DNA of 64,000 bases from Selaginella moellendorffii (taxonomy: Eukaryota; Plantae; Lycopodiophyta). Below the pieces are notes generated by a model, which saw nothing but the letters and a program-made list of their open reading frames with translations, was not told where the DNA came from and searched no databases. The stretch is from NCBI RefSeq assembly GCF_000143415.4, contig NW_003314285.1, forward strand, positions 1,809,471 through 1,873,470, given 5' to 3'. Of this stretch, positions 13,321 to 27,527 are shown piece after piece (position 1 is the stretch's first letter; each line of letters begins with the position of its first letter). The position numbers and the translations under genes were made by a program.

Positions 13321-15684
13321 ACTAGCTTTGGCGCGGTAGACTTTAAAATAATATCCAACATCCCAGTTGAATCATTGTCATGGATTCATTTACTAGTTCT
13401 CAGCACCAGACTGGCGGTGGAAATCTTTCTCTTCCCCCAAACTTAGCAGCTTTCTATGGGTTTCCATGTATCATCTCCTACGATGTGCTTTGTGGAGCAA
13501 ATCACTAGTGAAACGAGGGCAAAACTTGGTGGTGGGAGACCTACTCGCGACAAAACATTTTTGTTAAGAGTTATTAAACCACGCCCTTTTTTTGAAGCGC
13601 CAATTAAGAGCTTATGGTGACGAGGGGAGAGCGCTTCTACTCTCAACCAGGCTGCTTTGGGCCACAAGTGCACCACGATGGCATCGTCTTTGCTCGAGTA
13701 GATAAACCTGAGGCGTCTTCATCTTGTAAGTTTTTTCTTGTGCTCTGCTTAAATTCCAATTTTTGGCCTTGTAGACTCTGTTTCAAAAGGTACTAGTTAA
13801 TGGCGAGCCGATCCACTTCATCGTGTCAGAAGGCCATCGAGGGACCAGGCATTCATGTAAGTTATCTCTTGTTTGACCCGCACAAGGCTGATCGAAGCGC
13901 GAGATTCATGCAGGGGCCCCAGATCTTGCGTTGTATCGGTTGGAGATGTTCAACAACTATTACGAAAAAACTCTTACAAGTGGCATCACTGTTGCACAAG
14001 GCATAGAGACTCTTTTTAGCAGGTAGTATTGTGTTTGGTATTGTGTTTGTGGGTTGCAGAGTTAAGCTGGGTATTCAAGCAAGAACTCATTCAAGTTGAG
14101 GAAGAGGAGAAAAGATTGAAAGAGGAACGAAAAATTGAGGGAGACTCAGACTCAGACGATGAAGATGAAAGTATTGGCACAATTCAGGTAAATAATTTTC
14201 TAGAAAAAAAAAAGGAATTTTGGTGATCATGTATTGGTGTTTGACAGGATAATGAGTGGCTTCCAGAGTTGCACTCAAATGTAATAGTACTCAAGGGAAG
14301 TCACATAGCCGTGAGTGGACCTGCTTTTCTGGTAGCGCTTGTTGGAGGCAGTCACTTCAGGGTATGGTAGAACACAGTTGATTATGTCTTATTCTTATTT
14401 TCTTTGGCAGCGGCTTACATCTCAAAAACTGGAGGTGGTGGAGGCCGAGATCCAACCTGAGGATCTCCTCCTAGTGTCCAGTTTATCGCTGGAAGAGTTG
14501 GGCGTCCCTAAGATTAAGCAAATCGTTATGAGGGAAAGGGACAACAACATTGTAAGTGCGGCAGCGGCCTTGTTGGCCGCGGACCCAGATGAGGAGTCGA
14601 CCGTCCTTGTTGCTGACATGAAGGGTGTATACCATGAGAAAATGTGAGAAACTGTCCGGCAGCGGCTGCTAGAAGTTCGAAAAATTCTATTGTTTGCTCC
14701 ATTCGAAACTAAATGAAGGGCTCTTGTTTGTGCAAGCATTCGAAGCAAACCACCCACAAAGGGCAAAGCAAACCAAGCAAACGCGCTAGAAAAGCAAGCG
14801 ATTCGTGTCCTCGGCAAGGAACCTGTTCCTCCATCATGGAACATCAAGGTGGCGAGATGACAGGAATTATTTCCTGTGATAAGAGCAGGCCATTTCACCG
14901 AGGTGGGCGAGGTAAAAGATGACTAAACTTGGTTGTGCAGTGCTCGAAGCTGGAGTCAAGCGCACTGAAATGACGGAGATACGGAGCCAGGACAATTGGA
15001 TGGATTATAACGTTTTCTAGTAGCATTGTGTTAGCGGCAATGCATGTGTTTGTTGGTAGGACTAGAAAGATGGGAGCTTTAGACTTCAAAGTAATATCAA
15101 ACATCTGGATCATTGTCATGAACTGATCTACTAGCTGCCGCGTTGGAAATCGTTCTCTTCCTTCAAACTTAACACAGTTTGCCATGGCCCAAGAGCAAGG
15201 GAAGACAGCTTTCTGTGTTACAAAGTTTGCCGTGACGCCTATTATGGCTGCATGATTCATGTCGACGACGCAGTGGCTATGATGGGAAACATGCCTGTGC
15301 AAACCATTGGCGACGATGCAAGGGGCAGCATTGAGGTGGACTCCCAATCCCGCTGCCACTCAACATGACATTTGAGAAGGGATACAAGCTGGCTGAGCTG
15401 GGAGCTCTGAAATCGGCCGCAGACTATGGCGAAGGATTGTGCAAACACTCCCCAAAAAACCACACAAGCAAATATATTCTTCATCCGAAAAAGCATTTTG
15501 TCTCATTTGGTTTTACAGAAGGAATGCTTGGAAGTTGAAGGCATGTTTCAGTTCAACCGCTGCTCGGCCTCTTACAACCGCATGCACAACTGCTTGCAAA
15601 AACTTTGCGAGCGAGCTTAGCTGTTTAGCTGTGGAGCTGTGCAGTATAGAGATATAAGATAAATCAAAATGGGAGAAAGAATGT

Positions 15685-17891
15685 CTAGAAATCGAGCTCG
15701 GCTTGCTGCTTTGCCTGCCTCGCCGTCCAGTAGTTTTGAGCTCGTATCACCCTCTCGAGTAGCTCCTGAGGGACGGGCTCGCCCCTGCGTTGGTGCGGCG
15801 CAATCCGTGCCGTGTGAACTAGAGTCTTCCACTTGTCCTGGAGAATGAAAATCCATGAAACTTTGTAGCACAGACTCAAAAACTTCGAAATCCACGAGAG
15901 TTTTTTCGTGTTCACCTTCAAGTCGACGTAAGTCCGGTGCTTGGCTTGATCGAAAGCCCACAGCTTCACGTCACGCCATCTAGAAACAAGAGCTTACACC
16001 ACCACCTATGACGAAGAAAAAGTTTACCTTCCAAGGCCGAGCTTTTCCACGGCGTAGACAAGAGCTTCCACCTCAGAGATTGTAAAGGGCCTTCGTATCC
16101 TGCGCTTGGTGCCTTCGATGGTGAGCTGCTTCTGCCGCAACGAAACCATAGCCAGGCTCTGCGACGAGTTGTCCCCTCCCAGTGTCGGATGCTGGACGAT
16201 GGCTCCTGCTTGCTCGACATCTGGAAGAAGAAGAAGATGGAGAGAACGATCCGTCACTCTCACGAGAGAAACAAAGAAAAGAGCCTGTGAATTGTTATCC
16301 TTTCTTGGTTTTTGTTCGTTCTTTTGTTCCTTGTTCTTGTGTGCTGTAAATGAAAGATCATACCCCCAGCCGCTGTCACCCGTGTTGCTTTATATGTTCT
16401 CAGATTGTTTTTATGGCATCCGTCTAAACAAAGCAGGTGTGTTGTTGTACCAGTCCATTTGGCATTTATCTGTGCCTGTCCATCACCACCACCACCCGAA
16501 ACCAGCGAGCATGCGAGCCGAGCATCGGTCTCAATCACAGTGTCTTCCATTTTCTCTTGGCCTTCCACCACGGCCCAGCTCCCGTCCAAAGTCGGGTGCC
16601 TGGAATGGAAACAAGCGAGGAAGTGATGAGAAGAAGAAACAAAGGATGTCGAGACTTTACCAAGTTCCTGGCTGGCTGGCGGCTTGAGAGAGTGCGAGGA
16701 GAGCATCCTCGGAGTTGGAAGAGGATGCTGGCTCCAACATAAATCCCAGAGAGCCGCTCTTTCCAGCCTGAGCGGAAAGCCCGACTTGAGCCAGTGTGGC
16801 TTCCTCGTCAGGGACTCTCTTGCCGTGGAGGAAAACACGAATTCTCAAGCCACCACCCAGCAGGTTCATCGTTGCATCCAGCACAGCTTTCTGTGCAAAA
16901 CAAAGACGGTTTTTATCTTTCGTTTCCTTTCAATCCAACAAGAAACTACCGAAAGAGTGGAGAAAAACTACTTTACCTTGAGGCTGGCTACAGTTGCAGA
17001 CTCTGGCATGTCGATGAGAAGCTCTGGAACCGTGAAGGATTTGATGCTGAGTTTTACTGCACGAAGAAAGGCCATGGATGAGCATTCCAATACCGAGTGA
17101 AAAATCAATGCACCGAGGACCTGACAGCACCTGTTTTTCGAGGAGACGATGATCCACTGGCCGATGATGGTGTTGGCGTTGCCGCCTTGGCTACAAACAA
17201 GATCACAGAGATCAAGCAAGAAGAAGATGGCAAGCATACCTTCGAAGTCGATGCTCATCATATTATCCAGAGATCCTTGCGACATATCATCGGCACTTCC
17301 AGCGTCATCCGGGGATTTCTTCCGCTTGGACGACGAGCCGCGAGCTCCTCCTCCTCCTTGTCGAGCGGTGAAGGGAGGATCGTTCTGGTACCTTCTCTTG
17401 CGAAACGAGCCAGCTGAAAGCCAAGCATTCAGAATGGAAAGAAGAAACACGAATGAAAGAATCACCATGCTTGGCAGCAGCAGCGGCAGCGGCAGCCGCA
17501 GCCGCAGCAGTGGTAGCGGGTTTTTTACTCCTGTCTCGCCCGCCACCACCATCGCACTCGGGCTCTCCACTGCTGCTGGCGTCCTGGAGAAACTGTCCGG
17601 CAACGGCTGCTAGAAGTTCGAAGAACTCTGTCCCCTGCTTAAGCCCTGGGACTTGCTGGGTTGCGCCACTTCTTTCCTGTAACTACACCACCCAAGTTGT
17701 GAGATCCAGAAGCCATACAAACTTCGTGGAAAAAGAATTTGTTTTTGTGCGTCTAAGCCCCGCAGACCAACCTTGAGAGAACGAACGCGGCAGGCTCGCA
17801 TGGAGCGAGGCCTTGCGAGGCGGCTGTAGCCCAGGAACCTGCTGGCGCTACTAGCTCCTCCTCCGGTTGCTCCTCGGTTCTGGGGATCCAT
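15685..17891 (-). CDS. TRP: Telomere repeat-binding protein (TRP/TRFL family: ubiquitin-like domain, telobox Myb and Myb extension), multi-exon
   Basis: VKLSIKSFTVPELLIDMPESATVASLK, GGGLRIRVFLHGKRVPDEEATLAQVG, KRRIRRPFTISEVEALVYAVEKLG-GRWRDVK, HRTYVDLKDKWKTLVHTARIAPHQRRGEPVPQELLERV. Start codon is less certain. Confidence 0.9.
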
Positions 17892-18320
17892 GGAAGCGCT
17901 GTGGCATCAAAGTGGCGAGCTCGCGAGAGGAGGGAGAGCGAGCAAAGCGGATGACAACGCAAAACCACCAACAAAAACCCACACCACTGTTGGTGATGAC
18001 GACGACGATGACGATGATGAAACAGAACCGCTCGCCCAAGATTAACGAAACCGCAAAACCGCTTGGCTACCGAACCTGGCCCAGCCAGCCTCGGTGGTAC
18101 GGAACGAAGCCCCCAGCCTCGGCAACCATAAACCCTAAACTGGTTGTTTAAACAAAACAAAAAGTGGTGCCACCTTTAAACCTTTAAACCTTTGGGCCAG
18201 AGAAGAGACTTTTTTTCGAGCATTCCATGACATGGATTTCTTTGCACTAGCGTTCTTATTTCTTCGTCCTTTCCAAGCGTGCTAGATGGATTTTTCTTTC
18301 GTTAGAACTCTCGCCCTTCT

Positions 18321-21300
18321 CTAGCTTACTCGAACGCTCCTCATGAGAGTGGACGACGCTGGCGATTGCAATGTGTGCGGCTCCGGGACGTTTGTGAAAG
18401 TGGAGGTGGTTTTCAGCTGCGGGTTGGCACTGGAGCTCCCTTCTTGCAGCCTGTACACTCTGGTGATCGCTCCGTCCGAGCGCCGCTGCCAGCGAGCCCC
18501 GCGACTCCGCGATCTCGTAAAGTTGCTACTGCTACACCACCTCTTGCTTGCCATTGCTGCTGCAAAGCCAGATTGATCCCTGTCCCCCGCAGCAACTAGC
18601 AATCTCTCGTCACTGTCACTGTGAATCCCCTCCTTGTTGCTACCAGTGTCCTCTTGTTCCAAACTTATGCTTGGTGTTGTTATTGCTACTTCCCCTTCAA
18701 AACTTTCGTCTTGCTCCTCCTGTGTGACTGAGCCTTGTGCTGCTGCTGCCACTTCTTCCTGTAATAAATTTTCTTCCTGGAGCCTTTCTGTCTTTGCCAT
18801 TTCTAACTCACTATTTTTTACTGTCTCCTCCGCCTGTGGTTTTGCGGGACTGCCTTGCTCTAGACTTTCTGTTGTATCGCCATCACCATCACTCACACCA
18901 CCTTGGCTTTCCCTCTTCTCGTCTTGATCTTTAGAGCCTGATCCTCCTGTTTGTAAAGAGTTAGTCTCGGATGGAAGAAACGGATGCCACTTTCTGCCCG
19001 GGACAAACTCGATTGCAAAAGGATTCATAAGCTTCTTGGCACCAGGTGTGGTGGGAGGAGGATGGTGAGAAGGAGATCCAGGGGCATTGAAAAGGGAGGC
19101 TGGAGTTGCAAGAGGTGGCGGTGTGACAACAGAAGGTTGGCAGTCCTGAGTTTTTGAAGGAAGGTGTACCTGCTTTCGAATGGGAGTCATGGCCACTTCA
19201 ATGGTAGTTTGTTGTGAGTCGGGACGAGGAGCTGGTTTGGGAATACTACTCTTCGCAGGAGTTGTGGCTGCTGCTGATGAAGAACAGCTCGAAGATCCTT
19301 CGCAAGACATCAAATCCTCCTCTTCAGCTTGCCCTGTTGTTTTCGTTTCTGTTTTGGTCCCTGCCACTTTCACTGCTGCTTGCTGCAATTGTTGTAACGG
19401 CCGTATCATCATCAGTGCCACGTCTTTGTAGGATCTGTTACCCTGTGTTGTGACGCTAGGAACCTGACCTTGTTCAGCCACCCCAGAAGAAACTTCCAGC
19501 TTTTCCTGTGTACCACTATCGGAAGGAACGTCCAGCTTCTCTTGCGTACCACTACCACTCTCGGAAGGAGTATCAGGGCGTGTGCCTTTAAATCCCATCC
19601 TGCTAGTGCCAGATACGTCCGAACTGCTGAACTTCTTTCTTTGTACCGTTTTCCTTCTTGATGTAGCTTCGAACCATCCTTCATCTTCATTAACCTCTTC
19701 CGAAGATATCACTGCTGCGTTGGAAACTTCCGTTGAGCTGGAAATCTTGGCAATGCGATCTTCTGCGTTGGAAGGAGGTTCTCTAACCTGTCCCGAAACT
19801 TCTTCTTTAATGATAGGACTCTCCTCTTGGCTCTGAATACTGCTTGAATTCCCTGCTTGTTGTTTTGGAGAATCCGCATTATCTTCTACAGTTAGAATCT
19901 GTATAAAAAAAACAAAGTAAGTGGCGCACAATCGAATGGCAGTTTGTACTCTACCTTCAAACGCTTAGGCTTTTTATCCTTCTCACTTGATGTTGATACT
20001 TCTTTGTTAATGTAGTCTAGAAGATCAGAGACACTACAATAAAAAGCAGCACAATATGATTTAAGAAGAAATAAAACTAGACATCTACCTAAGATGGCCT
20101 TTGCTTGCAACAGAAGGATCAGGCTTAGGTGCCCCTGTCCTTGTGGCTTCTTGCTGCTCAACTGCTTTAGAATCAAAATAATCAAGCCAGGCAGCAGCAT
20201 CCTGTAAAGAACACATATCATGCATGAGAGACTGTTTCACAATCAAGAGGGAGTCGATCAACCTGTGTGCGGATGTCATCTGGACCAAGCTTTGCTTGCA
20301 AAATTTGATACGTAGTTTGTTCGTGATGGACACTGAGTGTATATGCTTCCATCAGTGAGAGTGCTATAGCAATTGCATGGTAGCTTGCTGCAGTCTGTAA
20401 AGTACTCCAGATGAAAACTGATTTGTTTTGTTTGAGATAGTATCACCTGAATATGATCTTTGCCGAGAAGCCTCTCGTTGCATTTAAGTGCTTCATGTAG
20501 ATATCGCAAAGCTACGTGAGCATTTCCAAGAGCCTCCTCCATCATAGCTACATTTATATAAGTAGCAGCTGTATTCGGATGTGAGGGTCCACAGATCAAG
20601 TGCAGCAAGTAAAGTGCCCGATTAACGTATCTGACCTCAGAAGTTAATAGAGTACACTACTTAAAAGAGCAACTTTACCTTAATGCCAACTCTGTATGTT
20701 GAAGCCTGTAGTAAAAGACAGCCAAGTCACCATAGCTTTTCATTGTATCCGGATGGTCAAGTCCAAGCTCCCTCTCATTTATGTCCAAAGCTTTTTGCTG
20801 GTATATCATGGCCTGATCACAAAAAGTCATCAATTAAGTCATCAATTACATTAATACAATATGTAGCTTTTGTGTACCTGATTGAAGTCTCCTGTGTGGT
20901 AAAGAACCACTGCAAGCAAACTATATGCTCCAGCAGTCATTCGATGGTAAGGCCCGCAAACAGCTATCAATTTTGTCAGAGCCTACAAACAAACATTAGA
21001 GAAAAATGTACGAGAGTGGTAGAGATTTACCTTGCTTCCAAAAGACACGGCCTCCTCTAGCTTTCCTTTATCTAATGCCGCTTTTGACGACTCCAAGAGC
21101 GTGCGTCCATCAGCCGACGAGCAAATTGCATGCTTTGGAAGCACAAATGAAAATTCTGTCAAAATGACGGAAGAATGAAACAGGTTTTAAGAACAAACCT
21201 TGTACACGGGAACCAAGCTTATTACATCTGCCTTCGAGAAAATTGTGGTACTGTTAAAGTTGTAGCTTCGAGGAGCCATTTCAATGCCAACCTGGTAAAA

Positions 21301-24300
21301 GAATCGTAAGTAGATGAATATAAATAAGTGAAGAGAACAGACCTTATAGCAAATCCCTCGAAGAAGTGCGTACTTACGCAGGTTTAGCCGCGAATCATAA
21401 GCGAGTTTCCATCTAAATCTCGCGGCGACAAACGACTCCAGCCATTTCCAGACATGCTTCTCAACAGGCTCCTCTTTGCCTTCAGCTGGCAGGCTAGCAA
21501 AGATGGCGTTCAAAGCAGTCGCGATTGTAGAAGCTAGCTCGGAAGTTTCTTTCACGGAGGCAACTACAGCTCGAAGCAACTGTTTAAAAGCGCGGATAAT
21601 CATTTCGTGGATGCACAGCGACCTGATGTGCGGAAGTTTTGAGCACAGATCAGCCTGTAAAACACTCAGTATGTAAGAAAAATTATCAGAAAAGTGCTGG
21701 ATTATTATACCAGTTGTCCCAGTGAGGAAATCCTCAACCCACGTATATGCATAAAATCTGTCAAAGTTCGCCCTTCAACCGGAGAGAGCTCAAGAGCCGA
21801 AAAATCTGACACCTGGAAGTTAAGGTATCAAGATGTGAGAAAACTAAGAGGTATAGGATCAGCTTACAAGCTTAGGAAGCGCCACATTATTATAATATTG
21901 TTCCGCTGCGTTCATAAGCTCCGCAACAGACTGAAAGTTTGTATAAAAGAAAAAAGTCTGTAACGTCATAAGAAATAAAAGGCTTGCTACCTTTAGGTGA
22001 AGGCCTGATTTTGTTCCTTTAAGTCGCTCCAAAGAAGACTCGGGAAGGAGTCCTTTCAGAGGGGAGACATCTTCAGACACAGGTTCCTCGTCCTTGCTCG
22101 GTTTCTGGCCACTTTTATCACTTTTCTCACTGCTGTTTGCTTTTGTCATTTCTCCTAAATGTTGGACCCAGCATGCGCCGAGTTCCCACCTGAAATACTG
22201 GCTCGGATTAACGGGTCCCTGCGTGCTTACGCTGGAAATTGCCTTGTCTATTGTTTCAGAAAGAAGATCTTTGGCGCGCTTCTCTTCCTCGCCACTACTA
22301 TCCAGTCTGTGAGACTTCTTATGCAGAAGAATGCGGAGGCTGACAAAAAGATAAAATAAGGTAAGTCACTTATGAAATCTATGCTCTAAGACAAATACCT
22401 GTTTGCGTTAAGTGCGTTTGCACCGCCTTCAGGTGGATCCAAGATCTCGAGAATATCCTGAGTGCGCTCCGTCGGGACTGCCTCTACAACTACCTTGTAT
22501 CCTTGATGTCGAACTAAAACAATACCTAATGTACAAGTGTCCTGCCAACTTAAAACGTTAGTGAACTTTTGACATGAGAGCTCAAACCAAAAAAACTTAC
22601 ATGGACAACGGTGCTTTCGTCAGCCGTAATTCCTTTCAAAACATTCCGTTCCGATATTTCCCTTTGAAACTCCGTTGTTGAGCTCGACTCTATTTTCCAT
22701 ACAACTTTTCTGCCGGGATCTGTGCCATCTCGAGTGACGAAGAACTTGAGAGTACCCCTGGTCTCTACATGTTCTGTCTGGAATGAGCTTGAAGAATCCA
22801 ATTCCCTTATGACTGCTACAGCATGCGTAGTAGCCACATCGACGAAGTAGTTATGGAGAACAAAAGCTTTATGATCCCGAACCTCTCGTTCCTCCGACGT
22901 CTCGCAAGCCATTTTGGCTATGAAAGAGAAGTGCTGTGACCACGGCACGTTGAGGCCTTCGGGATTTCTACCTCGACCACCTCCATTGCCACCACAAGTT
23001 TCGTCTTCTGCAGGCAAAGCCGGAAACGTAGACGGCGATTCTGCTACTATGGGTGGAACCACCCACGTATTAGCTCGCAGACCGTACGGAATGTTCGCAA
23101 ACTGTAGAAAGCAATTACGTAAGCACTAGACTTTCGTGAAAAGCGATACACACCTTATTGCGCGCGCAAAATGCTTTCAACAGTTCTTCGTAGTTCTGCA
23201 ATCACGGCAAAAAAACCTGTGAGTTTCTAGGAGCATTTCACAAAAACATACCCACGTCGTTAAAAGACTTGCTAAGATGCCTTAACAAATCGACCAGTGC
23301 GTGGCACTTCACTTGCTGCTTCCCCGTGTGATAAAATCCGGTGCTACAAGCTGTAACGGAAAGAATTTTCCCGTTGGTCACCTTGACCTGTAAAAAGGGA
23401 AGTTCAGATAAATACAATAGTCTATACAATGCAGGAAATACCTCTAGCGAGAAAAAATCTGTTTTAGAGCCTGCCTGACGAGAAATTTTAATGCCTGTCA
23501 CAATGAGAAAGTGGTTAGTTTAAATATAAACCGCTGGCAGATTTGACAAACCTTGGACAGGTGACTTTAGATGCGCGAAGGAAAAGAACTCGTAAAACTT
23601 CCCCAGCTCGGATGGAGGACAGAGTTTTGTTATGTCCTTGATATCCTTGAGATTGATGCTATTCTCTCCACTCTCCGTCCTGCCTGTTTTACCATCTGTT
23701 TCTTTGTCTGGCACTAATGCCTTCCCGGAAGGACCAAAACAAGTAATGCTTGAAACCAAGTCCAATAGCCTTCTGACGTGATCCATGGCTGATTCCTCCG
23801 TGTATGCTTCTGCAATACATGTAATCTAACGAACTGAAAAACAAAGATGTAAGGCTTTACCTTCGACGACAGTGAGAACACAAGGCTTCAAGTGCATGAC
23901 CTCTTGAGAGTCATTCAGTCGATCTCCACGAACCTTTTAATGGCACGTCTTGACTATAGCCGCTAAAGAGAAATAAAACGTACCTGGTGGGATAGCGAGA
24001 ATCTCGTAAGGTGGCATGTCTCAACATTGACCGCCAAAAGCTTGCGCACATCCAGGATACGATCAGTAGAAATCCCCTGGTACCACGAACAATGGAAAGC
24101 CTGAGTACGATATCAAGAGAAGGAAAAGCCTTACCTTGAGAATTATTTCGTCGCCACTTGGGAGATTTACCAGAACATCGAGAACGGTAGGAAGCACTGC
24201 ACGAATGAAAGCAACGAATCAGTAAACGAAGAAGACGAGAAACAAAATATAAAAGAGCTTGGTCAGCTTACGCTTGTCTTCTTTCTTCTTCTTCTCTCCC

Positions 24301-24344
24301 TTGGATTTGTGATTCTTCGACTTGGAAGTGGCTCTTGGAGCCAT
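18321..24344 (-). CDS. TSS: TSS / REDUCED CHLOROPLAST COVERAGE (CLU-family TPR protein), many exons
   Basis: Start [78 protein letters not shown]-type motif, [19 protein letters not shown], TPRs ([18 protein letters not shown]) and a PAM2-like [10 protein letters not shown]. Confidence 0.93.
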
Positions 24345-24886
24345 CGTAGTTGAAGTTTTTTTCTTTCGCTCTTTTCTATCTAGACCCTCGCATCACTTCG
24401 CTATAGACTCTCACTCTATTTCTAAACGATGAGCGCTTCAATCAGATTCTCGAGACAAAACTGCTGACTGCGACTCTAAAATCAAATGCGTGCCCGGACA
24501 AGGAAATTATTGATCAAACCACACAGCCACCCGGACTGAATGAATGAATCGAGTCCTACTCTCTCAACGGCGGACACCGCATTGAAAAGCGACTTGGATG
24601 ATGAAATAAAATCACGAGAAAGCGGGCGCGGCGAGGAAATATTCACAGAAAAAAAGGAAAAAAGAACGAGAAGAACACGCTCTCTCACCAAGCTCGCAGC
24701 GGATTCAGCCCCTAGGCTAGAATCGATGGACAAAATCCACAAATCTGGGAGCAAAAACGAGAGATTCTAACCCGCCGCGCGACGCCAAAGAACTGTTGCC
24801 GATCGAATCCAGCGCGTCGGAGTCGCCGATGATGAATCGATGATCCAGTCTGGAAGAACAAGGCGGGCGGAGAGGGAGAAGAGAGT

Positions 24887-24889
<3 letters not shown>

Positions 24890-24918
<29 letters not shown>
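24890..24918. repeat. (AG)n microsatellite in the TSS upstream/5' region
   Basis: About 14 AG units. Confidence 0.9.
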
Positions 24919-24922
<4 letters not shown>

Positions 24923-25489
24923 CGCAAGCAATAGGCAGGCGTGTGCCCTGGTTAATGTGGGCCGTCCATTCAAACCAATGTAAGACGAGGATAGCACAGG
25001 GGGAGCGTAGCGATGGTTCCCTTCTCTCTCCACGAACCAGTGGTGGAGAAATTGGGCAGGGGATTTTAGGGGTTTAGCGTCGAGCGAAAACTTATTCTAC
25101 CCAATAAAATAATCCATTTTGGCAACAAACGGTCTTGGGTATTTGACGACATATTCGCTGCCCTATGGCGGAATATGCTTGCGGGATTGTCCTATTCCCT
25201 GGCATTGCACTGCGGGGAGATTCGATGTGATTTCGTGATTTCGTGTGGCAAGTTATACGTTGTCCTACTCTATTGAGGTGCCAAAGAATAATTTAAAGAT
25301 TCGTGTTACATTTTTTACCCCTTATGAGTTGATGTGCTGTGGGCCATTGGATGAGGAGTTCAAAGACAAACAAAGTAGAGCCGTCAATCCACATCCTACT
25401 CTTGATTATAGGTGCAGAAGTTTGAGGAGAATGGTTATCAAGTTTGAGCGTGACATGGTAATATATCAAAAAATAAAGAATACTACTTC

Positions 25490-27420
25490 AAATGTAAATA
25501 AAATGTAGTCTAAATGAAGTTAATATTTAAAAAGCTAAAAAATTACAACTTAAGATATTTCAAAAAGGTGTAAAATATTTTACTGTTTGTTATAAACACT
25601 AGATTCTCTAATACATAATGTAATACAAGAATCTGATACAATATAAATAATTATTAAATTTCATAAACACAATTATATTAATACATAATTTTAAAATATT
25701 TAAATATATAAATAGTAAATAAAACATTTTCTAAAACATATAATCTGACATATTTATTTTTATGACAGAGAAAGATAATTTTTATAATTGCATATTAATT
25801 ATGTTCTTAAAATTCTATGATAAATTTTTTGTTGCTTGAACTAGGTAAAATATTAAAGTTCTTCATACTAGCTTACTTTGAAAAAAAATCGATTAGTTAT
25901 AACACTTAAGAATATGCTTAAATAAAAACTACAAAAATAAGTTTTATAAAAACTTTTATTTTCATAATAATGTAGTAGAGTTTTTAATTATTCCTACTAA
26001 GATAGATAATATAATAAAGTGTAATATAAAACAATTGTTTCTTCAAACGTTGAAATTGCTATTGTAAATTTTATTTAACAACTTAATTAACAAAGACATA
26101 TCCATATAAATCTGAATTAAAATCAATTATTATATTATGTTTAAATTTTTATTCAATCTAACTTATAGTTTGTATTAATTTATTACGCATTATAAGGAAA
26201 AAATTGTATAATAAAAATGATCCACGTTTGTAGTTGTTATCATATATTACACTAGAATCTAAATTGAAACTATTTTGGAAATAACATGTGACACTAAGAA
26301 ACAATATAATTTCTTCTTGAGCAACTCACACTTTTAGTTTTTAATGCAATTTTCATATATGATATATAACACTAGTTTGTCTTTAAATGTATACATTTTA
26401 GGATATATAAATGTTAAGCATTATAAAGTCAAACACTTGTTTAGATTGAGGCATATGCATAGTAACAATTCCAATTTATAATCTTCACTCTCTTAAGTTC
26501 TTTAGTGTTTAACCATCAATATATTAATCTTCTAAACAATGTTTTAACTATAAATAGGTTAGATTTCATTCAAATGTTCTAAACTTTATAAAGAAACTAA
26601 GCTTAATGATAATTTAGCTTTAAGGTTTATATAGCTTTATTTAACACATTACATGCCACTGTAAGTGTTTTTAACTTAGAGGATTATATAGAGTTTTAGA
26701 TGTAGAAAGTGGGAGTTGTGGCAATTCTTTCTATAGCTTTTTATGTTATATATTATTAAACTCTTTTTCATTAAGGGATATAACTAAACTTAATAAACAA
26801 AAGAACTTATTTCCAAGTTTATTCTAACAGTTTTTCTTAAAATTTCTCTAATTAATTTGTAATATTTACTTATCACTAATATAACCATTATAAAAGCTAA
26901 AGAAAGCTATGAAGTTATTTGTTTTGCTTCATGGTTAGAACTTCAAAAGTAATAAGTGAAACTACTAAACTATATAAGCATATTTTTAGCAGAATTTTAA
27001 TTCCCATACTTTGAATGTTCATAAAACCATTAGATAATTTTGCATATTCTTGGTTTGGTTAATAGTAATGTTATTCCTATTTAGTATTATTTGCTGAATG
27101 AACATCATTTAATGCCTCTAAACCACCTAAAAAAAGCACACAAAAGAGCAAATGGACAAAGCATGGCTATTAGATGTCCAGGATCATCAAGTCCACAATC
27201 CATGAACACCATAGTTCACAGCATTCTTACAATTGATCATTAATTATAATTTATAAACACTTATTGCATATCAACCATAGAATATACTAGAAATTGATGG
27301 AGAAAGATTAAATCAGTGTCAGCTATTAAATGATAAAATATTCCAAAATATTCAAGCATATTCTAGATATATCAAAGTAATGAGCTTCTAAGAACCAAAA
27401 AGTTAAAATGGTGAAGATGC
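25490..27420. other. Very AT-rich, CpG-poor non-coding block, possibly a decayed transposon
   Basis: Abrupt composition shift; no ORF of 60 aa or more in any frame; almost no CG dinucleotides. Confidence 0.6.
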
Positions 27421-27527
27421 TAGCACAAGCGTCTAGGGGTGAATAGCACCTAGGAAGAGTTTGAGGTTTGGCAGCAATATCTATCTATTTATTGGGTACT
27501 CAAGCAACCACCCCATTTAGATATATG

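Noticed and set aside
27420-27455. Helitron 3' hairpin + CTAG at the end of the AT-rich block
   Set aside because: The hairpin is weak and no matching 5' TC terminus or A|T target site could be defined.
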